Below are positions 1 to 12,689 of a stretch of 64,000 nucleotides of DNA, piece by piece. Each line of letters starts with the position of its first letter. The first letter of the stretch is position 1. The stretch comes from Lytechinus pictus (lineage: Eukaryota). The stretch lies in the NCBI RefSeq assembly GCF_037042905.1, contig NC_087245.1, forward strand, positions 18,540,001-18,604,000, given 5' to 3'. The translations under genes were made by a program, and so were the position numbers. The notes below the pieces were generated by a model that saw only the letters and a list, made by a program, of their open reading frames with translations, ran no database searches and had not been told where the DNA came from.

Positions 1-1075
1 TTTAAGCATGTTTTAAATGAATAAAGAACAAGCTGTTAGCTGTGTATCTCAAAAAAATGCGTGCGTGTGATAAGATTTATACCTAGTATCTGGGCATTTT
101 TATTTTTTTATTATGAAAATCAATAATGTGATCGCGAAGCGCGAGCTGAAAATATTTGATATTCCTATCTGAAAAAGGGTCAATTTAAGCACTGATTCAA
201 GCACTGTGTAGGAAAATTGTGAAGTGGATATTATGGATCGCTCTTAACAAATGATGTGAGCGCGAAGCGCAAGCTGATATTTTTGCTATTTTTATTTTGA
301 CCTAGGACCCGGACATTCAAAGGACATTTTGTCATCATATGAAAATGATTACTTTTTTCTATTCCTCTTCCTAAGCGCGAGATATTCCATTCTAAAAAAA
401 AAGGACAATTTGATTATTAGGAATTTATGAAAATGTTATATCAATAGTATTTATTAATCTAATAAGCCTATAGCATATTAAATTTTCAGGAAAAATACAT
501 TAAAGTTTTTTTTAAAATCGCTCGCGCTCCGCGCTCGCGCTTTTTATATAAGCTTATAAGAATATTTATGTTATTTTTACTTTTAGGTCTAAAATCTCAA
601 TTTTCTTCCTCTCTTCGCGCTCGCATCAATAATTGTTTAGTTACATATATACTTATCCCATTTATGTCAAAAAAATTTAGCTCGCACTTCGCACTCCAAT
701 TATTTAAATATATACCGTCTTCGTGGGTAACTGCATGTAAACAGGCCTTAACAGGTCCCTTTCAATCATTCTAGAACAGTTATTAAAAATTTCTGCTCGC
801 GCTTGGCGTTCGCAGTAATTATCTAGTTACATACGCATCTTGTTCAAGATCACAAATTACATTGCCCAGTATATTAAATTTTCAGGACAAAAAAAATGAA
901 AGTTCAACAAAAAAAAATCGCTCGCGCTCCGCGCTCACACTTTTTATATAGGCTTATAAGAATATTTATGTTGTTTTATAAGAATAGGCCTAAAGCTAAA
1001 AAGTGACTGATCGGGGGAAATGTAGGTGCAGATAATTTCGGGCCCCACCCCCTATGCGAAAGTCGGATCCGCCCT
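1..1075. mobile_element. Partial non-autonomous DNA-transposon-like repeat, runs off the window start
   Basis: Recurrent subterminal motif GCTCGCGCTCCGCGCTCGC and its complement, internal duplication (~470-570 vs ~870-970), terminus-like ...GGATCCGCCCT near 1075; no credible ORF. Confidence 0.5.
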
Positions 1076-2002
1076 TAATTGTGACACATACACACACACA
1101 CAGAAAAAAAAGGTTGCCCCCCTGAAAAAGCAAGGACCCCCCAGTGCCCCCCAGGAAAAAATCCTAGCTACGCCACTGATTGGGTGTGAAACCAACCCCC
1201 CCCCCCCCCCCCCCCGCCGCCTGTAAGCCAGGGATTGAACGTAAAGCTGAATCTAGGAAGGGTCCCTATGGCGTCATAGAGCCATTGGGAGGTTATAGAG
1301 GAATGAGACCCGAATAGACCCTACTGCGCGTGGGGCAGAGCCCCAGTAGCTCATCATTTGCATAACATTTAGCAAGCTTATAGCACAATGTTGTATGCAG
1401 TCCATCTTTCTTCCTGCTCTTTATTTTCAATCCTCGGCAGCCCGGTCGTATTGTTAAGTTCACTTTTATTTTCTTGTCCCTTTTCTTCGTTTCATCCAAT
1501 TTAGCTTTTGGTTAAATCCATTCTACTTTCATTTCCCGCTATTGTTTGAGATTTTTTCATCCTTTACTTTGTTTCCCTTTCTTACTACTCATGCTACTGC
1601 ATTACATAGGTCTATTTCGGAATGATTTGTTCTTTCTCACATGTTCTTCTTTCGTTCCTGTTCCCGCTTTCCTTCCTTTTCCATGAAAAAAAATATTTTT
1701 TCTTCGTTTTATTTTCACTTTTCCCTTTCCCTTTCCTTTACCCCTCTCCTCCCCTTTCTCTATCTTTCTACCTCCCTTTACTCTTTTTCCCGGTTTTTTT
1801 ATTTTCCCGGTGAAATTCGCCAGGGGGCAGCTTGCCCCCCCCCCCCCCCTGCCCCCGCCTGTTACGCCACTGGTTTCATTAATATTAGCCTATAAGTTAA
1901 AAAGCGCCTCATCAATAATGGTTCTGCTCGAGCCTTGTCTAGTGTCAAGTAAGTGTCAGCGCGCCATCTAGCTTGCTAGCTAGCTAGCTGATCGATCGCC
2001 GC

Positions 2003-2028
2003 GGCGCGCCAATTTTGAAGGGCGCGCG
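2003..2028 (+). promoter_or_regulatory. Cell-cycle promoter module: E2F/CDE-like site, CCAAT and CHR (TTTGAA) in a CpG-rich island upstream of the Emi1-like gene
   Basis: GGCGCGCCAATTTTGAAGGGCGCGCG; TTTGAA at 2014-2019 directly after a GC-rich E2F-like core; local CpG island ~1960-2150. Confidence 0.55.
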
Positions 2029-2099
2029 ATTAATAATAGCGAGCGAAAATGGCTTTACGTTTACGTGGCCGTGGCCGGCCTAGCTAGCTACCTAGTATA

Positions 2100-2434
2100 C
2101 CGCCGCGCCGTGGACGTACCCAGTTAGTACTCACGAACTCCGGCCGCGGTGACCATAAACACACAATTGTTGGGGAATTTTATGGACTGAGTTGAGAAAA
2201 CCGAGTGTACTATCAAACTTTTCGAACCTAAACAGATGCCGATTAACAGCTTCAACCAGTATAAAGTTAGTGAATTCGAGTCAAGCCGGATTCAAGTCTC
2301 CGGTCATCAGATCATGCCGGTGGAAGTGGAACAGAATCTCAGAGTCAGATACTTTTGATAGCTCAGCCCAGCTCATCAGACGAGCGAGCAACATAAACGC
2401 AATCCTCTGCTGACCCATCGAATTTGATTGACAG
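2100..2434 (+). other. Probable non-coding first exon of the Emi1-like gene (5' end approximate)
   Basis: Follows the CpG island, higher GC, ends in ACAG|GTGTGG; next acceptor at 4933. Confidence 0.4.
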
Positions 2435-2531
2435 GTGTGGAGCGGAGCTGAGTGATGCTGAGCTGAGACTGGATCCAGGTTACAGTGCAGGACACCAGAC
2501 TAGTGATTATTTTTGTGTCTCTAACTAAGTA

Positions 2532-2997
2532 TAAAGGCGACCGCACACCTTGTCCTTAGGTCCTTACGATTGGTCTGTAACCCGATTTCAGAATAAAATG
2601 TAGAATTTGATGCTAATAATTGAGACTTGGAATATCTTCTTATTCTTAAATAATGTTCGATTCATTGTACGAATACCTATATTTATATTCAAATCAATGA
2701 CTATGCTATCATCCAAAAAAGCGAATTTAATATCTAGTCGTAATGACGTCATAGCAGTCGTACGATTGGCTACGATTTGAAACTAATTCGGCCTTTTTTT
2801 ACTCCAAAATAAAGGTTTGCAATCTTTCAAAATGTTATATTACTAATACTATTCTTTCAATCATTATTAATTTTAAATTTAACCTCAAATAAAATGATGA
2901 TATGTTCTATTCACATTTTCAGAAAATGAGCAAAGTGCGATTTGTTCCAAAATCGGATCGCGAACAGTCGTACTCGTAAGGTGTTCGGTGGCCTTAA
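2532..2997. mobile_element. MITE with imperfect TIRs and T(T)AA-type ends
   Basis: TAAAGGCGACCGCACACCTT ... AAGGTGTTCGGTGGCCTTAA. Confidence 0.6.
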
Positions 2998-3015
2998 CGT
3001 TAAATAGATCTAAAT

Positions 3016-4244
3016 TAGCCTTGAGGACTCCATGATGATATTTTTAAATATTTTGACATATACTTCTTCATCATGGAGCCTTGAACCCCGGGGGGGGGGG
3101 GGGGGGGGGCCACTTCCATTGACGAGTGGATACCATGCGCGACCACGGGGTCTTGAAAAGCACCCTAAACACTTATTTTCCATGTTCTGAAAATGCACCC
3201 CTTAACAAGTATTGGTGTCTGAAACCCTACCCTTAACAAGTATTGGAAACAAAACTATACTCTTGGCAAGTATTCCCTGAAATGAATCCCTAAACAAGTA
3301 TACAGCGATATTTTATTGTTGTGTCACGCGTCCGTCGGTCGTCGGTTTTACCTAATTTACACACCATTTGGTTTATACGGCCCCACTTTCCTCACCTCGC
3401 GCAAATCGGGACTCTAAACATGTAGTGTTGGGGCAAAAAGGACATCCTTTATACAACATTTTAATTTTGTTTCATCATCCCCGCAAATTTGACCCTAAAC
3501 ACGTAACTTTCCTAGCGAAATAGATACCCTTTTTTCATTATTTTTGTGTTTTTGACACCCTTATCACGTTACGTACGTAACGTGCCCTATCTTGAAAAAG
3601 ACATCCTTTTTACATGTTTTTTTGGTCGCGCATGGTATCCACTCGTCAATGTAAGTGGCCCCCCCCCCCCCCCCCCGGGCTTGAACCGCCTCCCATATAT
3701 GCATAAGCGAGACCTCCACACCCGGATGGATTTCCCTAGGAAATCCATATTTACAGGGTGAAATCAGTGTATAAGTGTGAATTTTATTGATATTTGAACC
3801 TTCAAACGCCTAATGCGTATGAAGGGACAAAATTAGTTCACTATGAATGGCGAAAATGAGAGGTTTCTTACCAGACCGATCTCGTGTAGATCCCTCGATC
3901 CGTTTGTCAACAAAGCAAATACAATAGGTCTGACTCTTGAACCGCTTCGTTATGACGTACCTTCGATTAGCTATGTTACAAAATGCTGTTTTGAAGAACA
4001 ATTTATAGACAAAAATTATTATTTAACAAATACTAAAATTTAAGTATTTCTGCCATTCATATCAAATATCAATAAAATTCACACTTATAAACCGATTTCA
4101 CCCTGTAAATATGAATTTCCTAGGGAAATCCATCCGGGTGTGGAGGTCTCGCTTATGCATATATGGGAGGCGGTTCAAGGCTCCCATGATGAAGAAGTAT
4201 ATGTCAAAATATTAAAAATTATCATCATGGAGTCCGCAATGCTA
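3016..4244. mobile_element. Long-TIR (~190 bp) foldback MITE, left arm interrupted by another MITE
   Basis: 3016-3087 plus 3680-3797 is the reverse complement of ~4060-4244; TA at both ends. Confidence 0.8.
3087..3679 (+). mobile_element. hAT-type MITE family A, copy 1 (CCCGGG-polyG TIRs)
   Basis: TIR CCCGG(G)nCCACTT(C/A)CATTGACGAGTGGATACCATGCGCGACCA at both ends; TSD CTTGAAC(C); further copies at 49914 and 55019. Confidence 0.85.
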
Positions 4245-5000
4245 GATCTTAATACCATTCCAATACAATGCATAGCCAGATAGCATAAATGTTACTGTTT
4301 GACCCCTAGTATTAGTCTGTCTTTCTTAGCCTCGGCTACCTTAGACTAGTTTTAGTCTTAGAAAACTAAAAAGTTATGAATTTTATGCCAAGAAGCAAGA
4401 TAAAGTCTACCTAAGCCTAGGCTAAGTTAAATGCATGGTGCTGGTGGACACTGACAGACACAGCACATGTGTTTTATTGTCAAATTAACTTGTTAGATGT
4501 GCTGGTCATCTTGACTTTGTTTAAACTTTGTTGGGAATGGGATAGGAACCGCATACTATTGAGATTGCATGTAAATAACTAAGCACATAACTTTCAAGCG
4601 TCATAAGTAATTCTTTAATTATGACCCCCTCCCTCTGGGTCTTTATATTCAGCATTCAGTTTTGCAGTCATCAGGGTGTCGAGACAGTCCATGGCAATGA
4701 CATTGATGATAGCTTTTGGTTGAGTAATGAATGTAAACCCTGATTGTTATTGAAAGGAGAAATTAAGAAAAAACATAAGAGAAAGAGACAATCTAGATCT
4801 ATATTTTATTGTCACAAAGTCAAAAATGCAACTCCTGTTTAAATACACAATGCAGGCGATACTACCTTGGCATGGGCATTCCATTAGTTGATTTTTTTTG
4901 GTAATCATTTTAATTTTCATTTTTTATCAACAGGGTGGAATATTGCAGTCTGAACTCAACAACTGATGTTTGAATGATCCAGTGAGCAAACTTTGTGGAC

Positions 5001-6226
5001 ATGCTTCACTTGAGATTTTCTCAGCTGAAGCTTAGACAAGATCCAACTCGACAGAGAACTGCATCAGATTTTTCTGGAGAAAAGATTGATATAGCAATGG
5101 ATCTTGTCAGTGATGAGACAGATAAAGCAGGGCAGCCAGGTGAAAGTAACTTTCTGGTTCCAGACATTTCAACGAGATCCAGCTTGGATAGCATGAAAAA
5201 GAAGCTAGAAAGGATGAAGCACTTCAGGTCTACGCCAGGCCCTAGACCAAGTCCTACAAAGGGATGGGATCAGACTGAATCAGCTGGACATAGACATGAT
5301 AGAGATATTTCTCCTCTTGCATTCGGTCGAGTTCCAATGTGTAGTCCAAACTATTTGGGACGAAAGCCACCAATGTCTGAAGAGCTGGCTAAACTCTGTT
5401 CAGATTCCCCAATATCCCCTTTCAAGTCTGACTCGGACAATTCCTCATGCCTTTTCGCAGATGATTCTTTCCTGTCGTCGGCTGATTTTGCAGACGATGT
5501 TTTTGATATTTCCTCTAGAGATGCCAGATTTCATAATGAACGCTCCCATTGGAACAGGCATGATTCTGAGGTTTCCTTTGATAAATATGGAAGAGAAAAT
5601 GAATCTGCAGTGACGAAAGGGGCAGCAATCGCAGGCAGTCCTAGCAAAATAAGGCACAAAAACTCCCGGGCGATCCGACGCATCAAGAGTGCATCCTCCT
5701 ATCGCTATTGTCCCTTTAAATCCTCTCCACAAAAAGCAAATACGACATACTCTGGCACAAGATGGTATAAAGCCCCAACAGACACACAACTCTATGAAGT
5801 AAGGAAAAGAGAACTCAAAGAATCTAACCAAGCTGCTTCTAATGCCATCACCTTGCCAAAAAGGGTCTTGCAATTTGGAGTTTGTGACAGTCAAGCCAAT
5901 CAGCAAGATCATTTTGTAGAAAAGGCCAAGACTGAAATCCATGTTGAGCTAGCTACCAGTAGGACTGAAACTCCTGAATCAGGCTATGGTTCATTGAATA
6001 CTACCCGTCAAACTCCAGATTTGGTACTCAGCGAAACCCCTGTGACCAGATTACCATTTCCAAGAACTGAACATGTTCCTTCAAAGAACAATTCTTCGTA
6101 CAGGATCATCAATACCCATGCTGTCCCTTGGCTTGAGAAGTTTGACATTATATCCAAACTTTATGGTATAGCATCCCATGTTGTGGAAAAGATCTTCTCC
6201 TATTTAGGACCAAAAGACCTTGTGTT
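5001..6226 (+). CDS. FBXO5: Emi1/Emi2-family F-box APC/C inhibitor (FBXO5/FBXO43-like), coding exon 1
   Basis: Long ORF; ATG 5001 follows in-frame stop at 4983; acceptor at 4931-4933; ESGYGS degron-like motif; F-box start HVVEKIFSYLGPKDLV; donor GTAAGT at 6227, phase 2. Confidence 0.85.
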
Positions 6227-6983
6227 GTAAGTAGTACATTCTTATTTCATGGTTTTATATGTCCTGCTTGCAAAATGCAAAGTTCTGTAAGTCATTGATG
6301 ATAGACGCACTTTAAAATCTATCAACTAGAATCAACTATAAGATTTTGAGAGACATAAGTCTCAAACTTGCTACCACAGACTTAAGTTGCAGGAGCACTA
6401 TGCTTTTGTGTTTTATCTTACTTGACAGACTGAGACTTCATTGAATCTCTTTTCTATTGGTTATCTGGCATTTATACTGTATGTGATAATAATTTACTGT
6501 CTTTAGTGGGTTATATTATGGTAATGATGACTTTTAAGTTATTAACCAAGAAAGGAATGTATTATCATTCTGTCAAGAAAATATCCAATAACCTACTAAA
6601 ACCTAGTGATCTACACTTTAAAAAGCTAAATGAGTGAATATTCTTCCTGATCTGTTATTAAAGCTACATGTATATTATTTGTTGGGATTGATTTATTTCT
6701 CTTTTTTTTTGGGGGGGGGGTGCAAGTTCAACACCCATTGGTTTCTTTGTTTTGGGTGACTAAATGAAATTTAGTCTTGATACTCTTGAAAAATGACAGA
6801 GGATGATTACCAATTCCATTACATGTACAGTATCAACTAATCATTCCATGAGAAATATTCACTTATAGAACATGGCAGTGTGAGATGTGAGTGACCAATA
6901 CTAATCCAATAAAAATCAAAAGTATGGTAATAAATTTCTATGCTAACAATTTTGCATCGTTACTGTTTCATCCCGTTGCCCAG

Positions 6984-7095
6984 ATTCTCTTCAGTAAGCC
7001 CAAGATGGCGCCATATATGCTCATCGCATCCCCCTACAGCAAAGATCAGGGACCACTACCTCAAAGCTAAGGAAAATGATTTCCAATTAAGGAAG
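6984..7095 (+). CDS. FBXO5: Emi1-like, coding exon 2 (rest of F-box, KEN motif)
   Basis: CAG acceptor and GTAAGC donor; reads (L)FSSVSPRWRHICSSHPPTAKIRDHYLKAKENDFQLRK in phase. Confidence 0.85.
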
Positions 7096-7504
7096 GTAAG
7101 CAGATTTTTTTGTGTTTAGATTGCCAAAAATACATTTATAACCAAAATAAAAACCAGCATTGAGTCAAATAGAACAGCATATTATAAAAATACATTCATA
7201 AAATTGAATATTGGCTGTTATAGGTCAACATCATTGTTTTCCAATTTCTAATGAAACAATTTTTGCTTTTGGAAATTTTTGATATTTATAAGCATAGTAA
7301 ATTACAGTGAAAATTGGCAAGAAAGATGTCATGTTATCGATGATTCCATATACATGTAAAGCATGTTAAAGTCCCATTACAAATGTCATGATTTTTATAT
7401 TTTTTAATTTCGTAAATGCGCTATAAAACCATCCATTAACGTCCTCCTTTACAGTTATACCTGTCAGAGTTCAAATCAAATCATATTCATTTCCCTTTTT
7501 ACAG

Positions 7505-7654
7505 GAGAACATTCCATCATCATCTGGCTTACCAAACCGAGGACGTGTTGTAACAGGACCTGGAACACCCTTGGCTTCTGTGCAGACCTTAGGTACACCA
7601 ACCTCTTCAAGTACTCCAACCATGAAAATGACCCGAATTGATAAATTCTATGAA
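7505..7654 (+). CDS. FBXO5: Emi1-like, coding exon 3 (D-box-equivalent region)
   Basis: TTTTTACAG acceptor, GTAAGT donor; ENIPSSSGLPNRGRVVTGPGTPLASVQ...TRIDKFYE; TPLASVQ matches the vertebrate Emi1 D-box context. Confidence 0.85.
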
Positions 7655-7860
7655 GTAAGTCAAATATGTTTGCTAATGTTAATGTTATCTTCTGTTGTAA
7701 AAATACAAATACTCTGCCCAAGTCAAATCTCTATGGACCATAGAAATCTGTTTGACTTGGGGATATCGACTCATGAGAAGTATATAATTATAATAAAATT
7801 AGTTATAATAGCTGGATTTATATAGCACTTTTTGCCTGAGGATACAAAGTGCAACTATTA

Positions 7861-8029
7861 TTATTCCCTAATTCGACTCTCAATCGTGAATAAATTATTT
7901 TCAGTCACGCCTCACTATCCTTAAGCACAACCAGTGCAACAACATCAACACCTGAAATAGAAAACATTTATATACTTTACAAAAAACATACCTGTTTCGA
8001 GGGGAGCACCAAGCTTCGACGGCAAGACA
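7861..8029. repeat. DIRS split direct repeat B2, identical by eye to 8320-8488
   Basis: 169-bp direct repeat, offset 459. Confidence 0.9.
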
Positions 8030-8191
8030 GCACGAACGGTACTTACTGACGAATGTACTGAGGCCTCCCTCTGAGTTCAGATCTCGAAGAACTCATCAAT
8101 GTACTGTACATGCTGTAAGGCCTATTCATCCATCAGAATTCTCTTTGCTCTATCTTCTTGCATCCAGTCAATCGTCCACATATCCATCCCG

Positions 8192-8321
8192 AATAAGACG
8201 TCCGTACTGTGCTGTGTCGAACTCGGTCAGTGAATTCCGAATCGTTTAGGAATTCAGACACTCCTCACGCAAGCATTGTTATGCTAATCGGATACTTCTG
8301 CTAAGAAAAGAAAATGTATTT
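8192..8321. repeat. DIRS split direct repeat A2, identical by eye to 13724-13853
   Basis: 130-bp direct repeat, offset 5532. Confidence 0.9.
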
Positions 8322-8709
8322 ATTCCCTAATTCGACTCTCAATCGTGAATAAATTATTTTCAGTCACGCCTCACTATCCTTAAGCACAACCAGTGCAACA
8401 ACATCAACACCTGAAATAGAAAACATTTATATACTTTACAAAAAACATACCTGTTTCGAGGGGAGCACCAAGCTTCGACGGCAAGACAAGCTAAACTTAT
8501 AGCTCCCCCTCTCAGTCAATCAAAGAACGGGTAAACAAGAAAATGAGTTACACAACGCAATCATTTCAATTTAACCAACTTTAAATGTATAATGATAATA
8601 ATACATGTCTCATTCAACAATCTCATCGAACGTCTACAATCCATCTTTAACAAAGTTATACGTATAATCATACTAGGCTGAGGCTAATTTACCCGGTATA
8701 AAAATAATT

Positions 8710-9620
8710 CTAAAGCCCCAAATTCATAGAAATTGAAAGACAATCCTTCATATTGTCTTTAATATATCCATCCTTAGCAGTCTCCGACCTCCACCTACCA
8801 TGTTTCTTAAACAACCTGTCTGGAACACCACAGTTCGCTGCTGCTGTGGCTCCGTCACTTCGGAGGCTATGCATGCCAAAACTCTTTGGATTCAACCCTA
8901 CTTTCGCCAACGCCTCTCTCAATAATTCTAAACATCTAGTATAAGACAACTGTCCACGTCTTAACTTGTAACTATTACTGGATTTACAGTAATTTAGAGG
9001 CCTAAAAAGAAATACTTCATCAGAGGCATCGTTAAGCCCCGCTGCAATCAAATATTTCCTCAAAGCTAATACGGGGCAGGTGGGGAATTTGTAGCACCTA
9101 TAAGAACCCTGTAAATATCGGTTTTACTTTTCATGATGAAAGTATTCACATGAGACAAATACAAGTCTAAATCACATTTACGAATATGTATCATTTCATC
9201 AAATCGTAGAATGCCTGCGTAGGAAATCAAAATCATAGCACATAATCGAATATCTAATAGACTCGTTGAAGATCCATACTTCTCAACAACTGCTTTCAAA
9301 ATGTCTGGGGTTATAACTTCTTTCTTAACGATCGGTTTGTTTAGTAATTTCTTTAAACATTGTAAAACAATATGTATGAACTTGCGATCACAGGGATTAA
9401 CATTCATCCTTGGCTTGCAGTCAAAATGCCACTTAATGGCGTAAAAAGCCGATTCTATCCTCGAATAAGGAGCTTCTCTTTGATACAAATGAATAAGATA
9501 GCGACTAATATCTTCTGGTTCTGCTGTGTCAGAATTTACTTTATTTTGCTTACACTAATCTCTCCAGGTATTCAACGCTCTGTTGTATTTACTCATAGTG
9601 TTATCAGCTCTCGAAGCTGT
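8710..9620 (-). pseudogene. DIRS tyrosine recombinase, disrupted
   Basis: YAGILRFDE (catalytic R), HSLRSDGATAAA (HxxR), HGRW, KDGY; split over ORFs 9066-9488 and 8710-9063. Confidence 0.85.
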
Positions 9621-10499
9621 CAAGACCTTGTTCAAAGTTATATCATATCCTTCATGAAGAGAATTTCTGGATTTAAGAAAAATTAAACAAAAACTTATAA
9701 GCTGGTATATATTTATCTCAACACAATATATTCAAATTGTGATAAATTCTCAAGTTCAGTCATTCTTATCAAATTCTCAAAATTTAATCACTTCTAATAC
9801 GTTTTACAGCCATGACAGCAAAATTAAACATTAACTATGCAGCTATCCTCAAACCAGGTGGTTTTATATTTTCACTAAAATTTCAGTATGAAATTCATTA
9901 GATCACAAATCCATATCATAATTCGTTTCAATCGTCTTGACGGCTTAGCAAAACAATAGCTTTGGGATTCATTTCCTTTGCGAAAATATTTATTTTTGCC
10001 TTAAAACACTTGCAAAAAACTTTCTGAAACATTTCATTCACAAGAATTCTGTAATTTTGAGACTTTGAATGTTTTCAATCATCACCAATTTCTTCATTCT
10101 GAGCTCCGCCGCCAGTAAATTATAACTAATTTGAGAATGAAATCTCATATCAATTCCTTATCAACCTTTACGATGGTTATCCTTTTACATAATCATAACA
10201 TTCTCCAATTTCCATCACCACTTCTTTGCTCTGCAGCATAAGTGGATCCTAGCTATGCAGCTATCTGCCATGCGGCCGTGTAAAAATTACATGTTGCATT
10301 CCAACAGTATAATTTTGAATTAACCTCCATCAAATGGATTTATTACATACCAGCATTCATGTCAGCCATCTCTCACAAACCGTTTTTTTTTTTTTTTTTT
10401 ATTTTTTTTTTTTTATTATTATTTCTGCCTTGAACGAAAATTCCTTGAGGATTATCAATTTTGAAGTATTCAGAGAATAAGGAACGAAAATCACTTTGT

Positions 10500-12150
10500 T
10501 CAGAGAAAAGAATCGGCCAGAAGGGTGCAGACGGCCAGAAGGGAACAACCAAAGTCCCCCTAGCAGAACAAAACCTTCAGATGCTTAAGTACTTGCCCTA
10601 TACATGCTATACATTCGATAGGTGGAACCAAACCAATTATTCTCGCCCGACCAATCACATGAGAAGGGATCAACATGATCTATTAGGGGACACCAATATT
10701 TAGAATTGAACTTCTTAATTTTGAAATTAAAATCGTCCGCAAGTCTGTCCACAGTGTGAGGGCCCCAGATTTTGTCCAAAAATCCGACAAATTCATCTGA
10801 CACACCCCAATCATCAAAATCTATCATGCGACTTAGTGCATCTGCAAAACGGTTCTCCTCTCTGGGAGCCCAATGAACGTGAAGACTAATGTTGTTTCTT
10901 TTACACAACTCAAAGATGTGTAAACTCATCTCATGCAATTCTGCAATCATACTTCCTTTATTTACAATCGATCCTACTCCTTTATTATCACAGAGGACCT
11001 TGACAGTTTTATGTCTCATGTGAGATACAACTGTTTGCAGTGTCATACCATGGACCTATTACTTGAGTTCTCTCCAAGTGGAGTTTTTAACCATTTCAAA
11101 CTCAAACCAATCTCATCCCATTTCATGCCTGCGCACTCAGAAACCCAGGCCCCGCAGCCTGATGGACTTGCATCAGAATAGATGAAAGTCTGTGGAACTG
11201 AATAAGCAGAAATAATGTTTACGTTAAGAATATGCAAATTCTTCTCCAGAAGAAGAACACGAATATTAATTCATCACTATTGATCACATTATGTCCTATC
11301 CCAATGTACCCTCCGGATGATTTCGTGATGCATAAATCTGGTTTTAATTTGAGTAACTGTGCCAAACACTGGATACAATGTATCTTTCCAACTATAACTA
11401 CGATCTTTCGTTCTGAAACCTCAGGCAATTCTGCTTGAAATGAATCTGAACATAACTCAAGATCCTTCATCCTTCTTTCAGTAATCTTTATATAAGCTAC
11501 TCTGCTTTCCCGTGGTAATCCTAACCAATCCAAACACTGGACAGGAGTCCATTGAGATATTTCTCAACATTTGGTATCAAACCTGTTTCAAGTAAGTCAT
11601 TTTTCACCGTCTTGACCATAGTATCATACGAATCAAAGGAAGCAGCACGACCCAATCATCTATATACAAAAAAAAAATGAAAATACCATTTCTATACGCC
11701 AATGATTAACGATAGGCTTAAATCGTGTAATGAAAACAAAGGTAGCTGTTGCCAACCCAATGACAACACCTAAAAGGAGAAAAACCTTGTACCACTACCA
11801 AAATCCCAACTAAAGCCTACAATTTTTCATGCACTTGAAAAATGTAATAATGATGATAACCTTGCTTAAGTTCAAAGGAAAGCATAAATTCTCCCTGTTT
11901 TAAATAAGACATGACTACATTCCAGTCTTCAAGTATAATAGTGTTCTTCCACAAGTGTTAGTTGACATAACGTTAACCAAGAATCAGTCTCTTTTTATAT
12001 CTGAACTCTGAATTGAATCTGAAAGGGGGTAACATCATGGGGTGCAGTGGTGGATTCAACAACCAAACCCTTTTTAATAATAATTCGTTAATGGCTTCAG
12101 AAACGAAATCGGGATCGATGTCAATGCTGACTTATCATCTTATTGTAAGG
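10500..12150 (-). pseudogene. DIRS pol: reverse transcriptase, RNase H and methyltransferase-like domain, many frameshifts
   Basis: RT: LKQGYHH and YIDD (~11660); RNase H: YSDASPSGCG, VLCDN, WAPREENRFADALSR; MT-like: WGPHTVDRLA...FNSKYW...DWSGENNW then VPP after a frameshift. Confidence 0.8.
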
Positions 12151-12689
12151 TAATTTGTAACCATGTTCATTGACATCTACAACAATTTGAGATGCATCAG
12201 TTGATTTCCAAATTGTAAGGAAGCATTCAATCTACCTTTAACCAAAGGTTCTGAATTTCATTGATCATACTCATAATTTCTCAAATAAAATTCTTCCTCC
12301 TACCCTGCACATCTTGTCGAATCAACACTAACGTTACTCGATGTTTCCCAACCGAAACAATTTCAACAATGCTCTGTTTCTGTATTTCTTAATTTAGAAG
12401 GGCCCGCTGACGGACCAGGAGTAGTCAATATATTCCAGATTGTTTGATCTGTGTCATATCTATGTCTAGGTTCATTAGTAAGAGGTGGAATTCAACCAAA
12501 ATAACACATCTTTTCTTAACATATAATTATGGACTAGGTAGAATCAAGAATAGATTCCTTTGCTACGCCCTTCTGATCATTCTACTCTTCAGTTCTCAAA
12601 TACCACACTTCGTCAAATACAGAACAAAACTGACATTTACCTTGCTCAGTTTGACCATGATCAATGGATCATTTAACTCTGTTGAGCAT

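Noticed and set aside
3010..3761. Recurrent peptide GRAWYPLVN...GPPP in several ORFs (also 49752-50036)
   Set aside because: Translation of the family A MITE TIR, not a protein family
5445..5942. 165-aa antisense ORF and 105-aa alternative-frame ORF (5296-5613)
   Set aside because: Shadows of the Emi1-like coding exon; no recognisable motifs
7952..7991. GT-AG intron-like segment on the minus strand in DIRS repeat B
   Set aside because: Only 40 nt, no ORF restored, no transcript evidence
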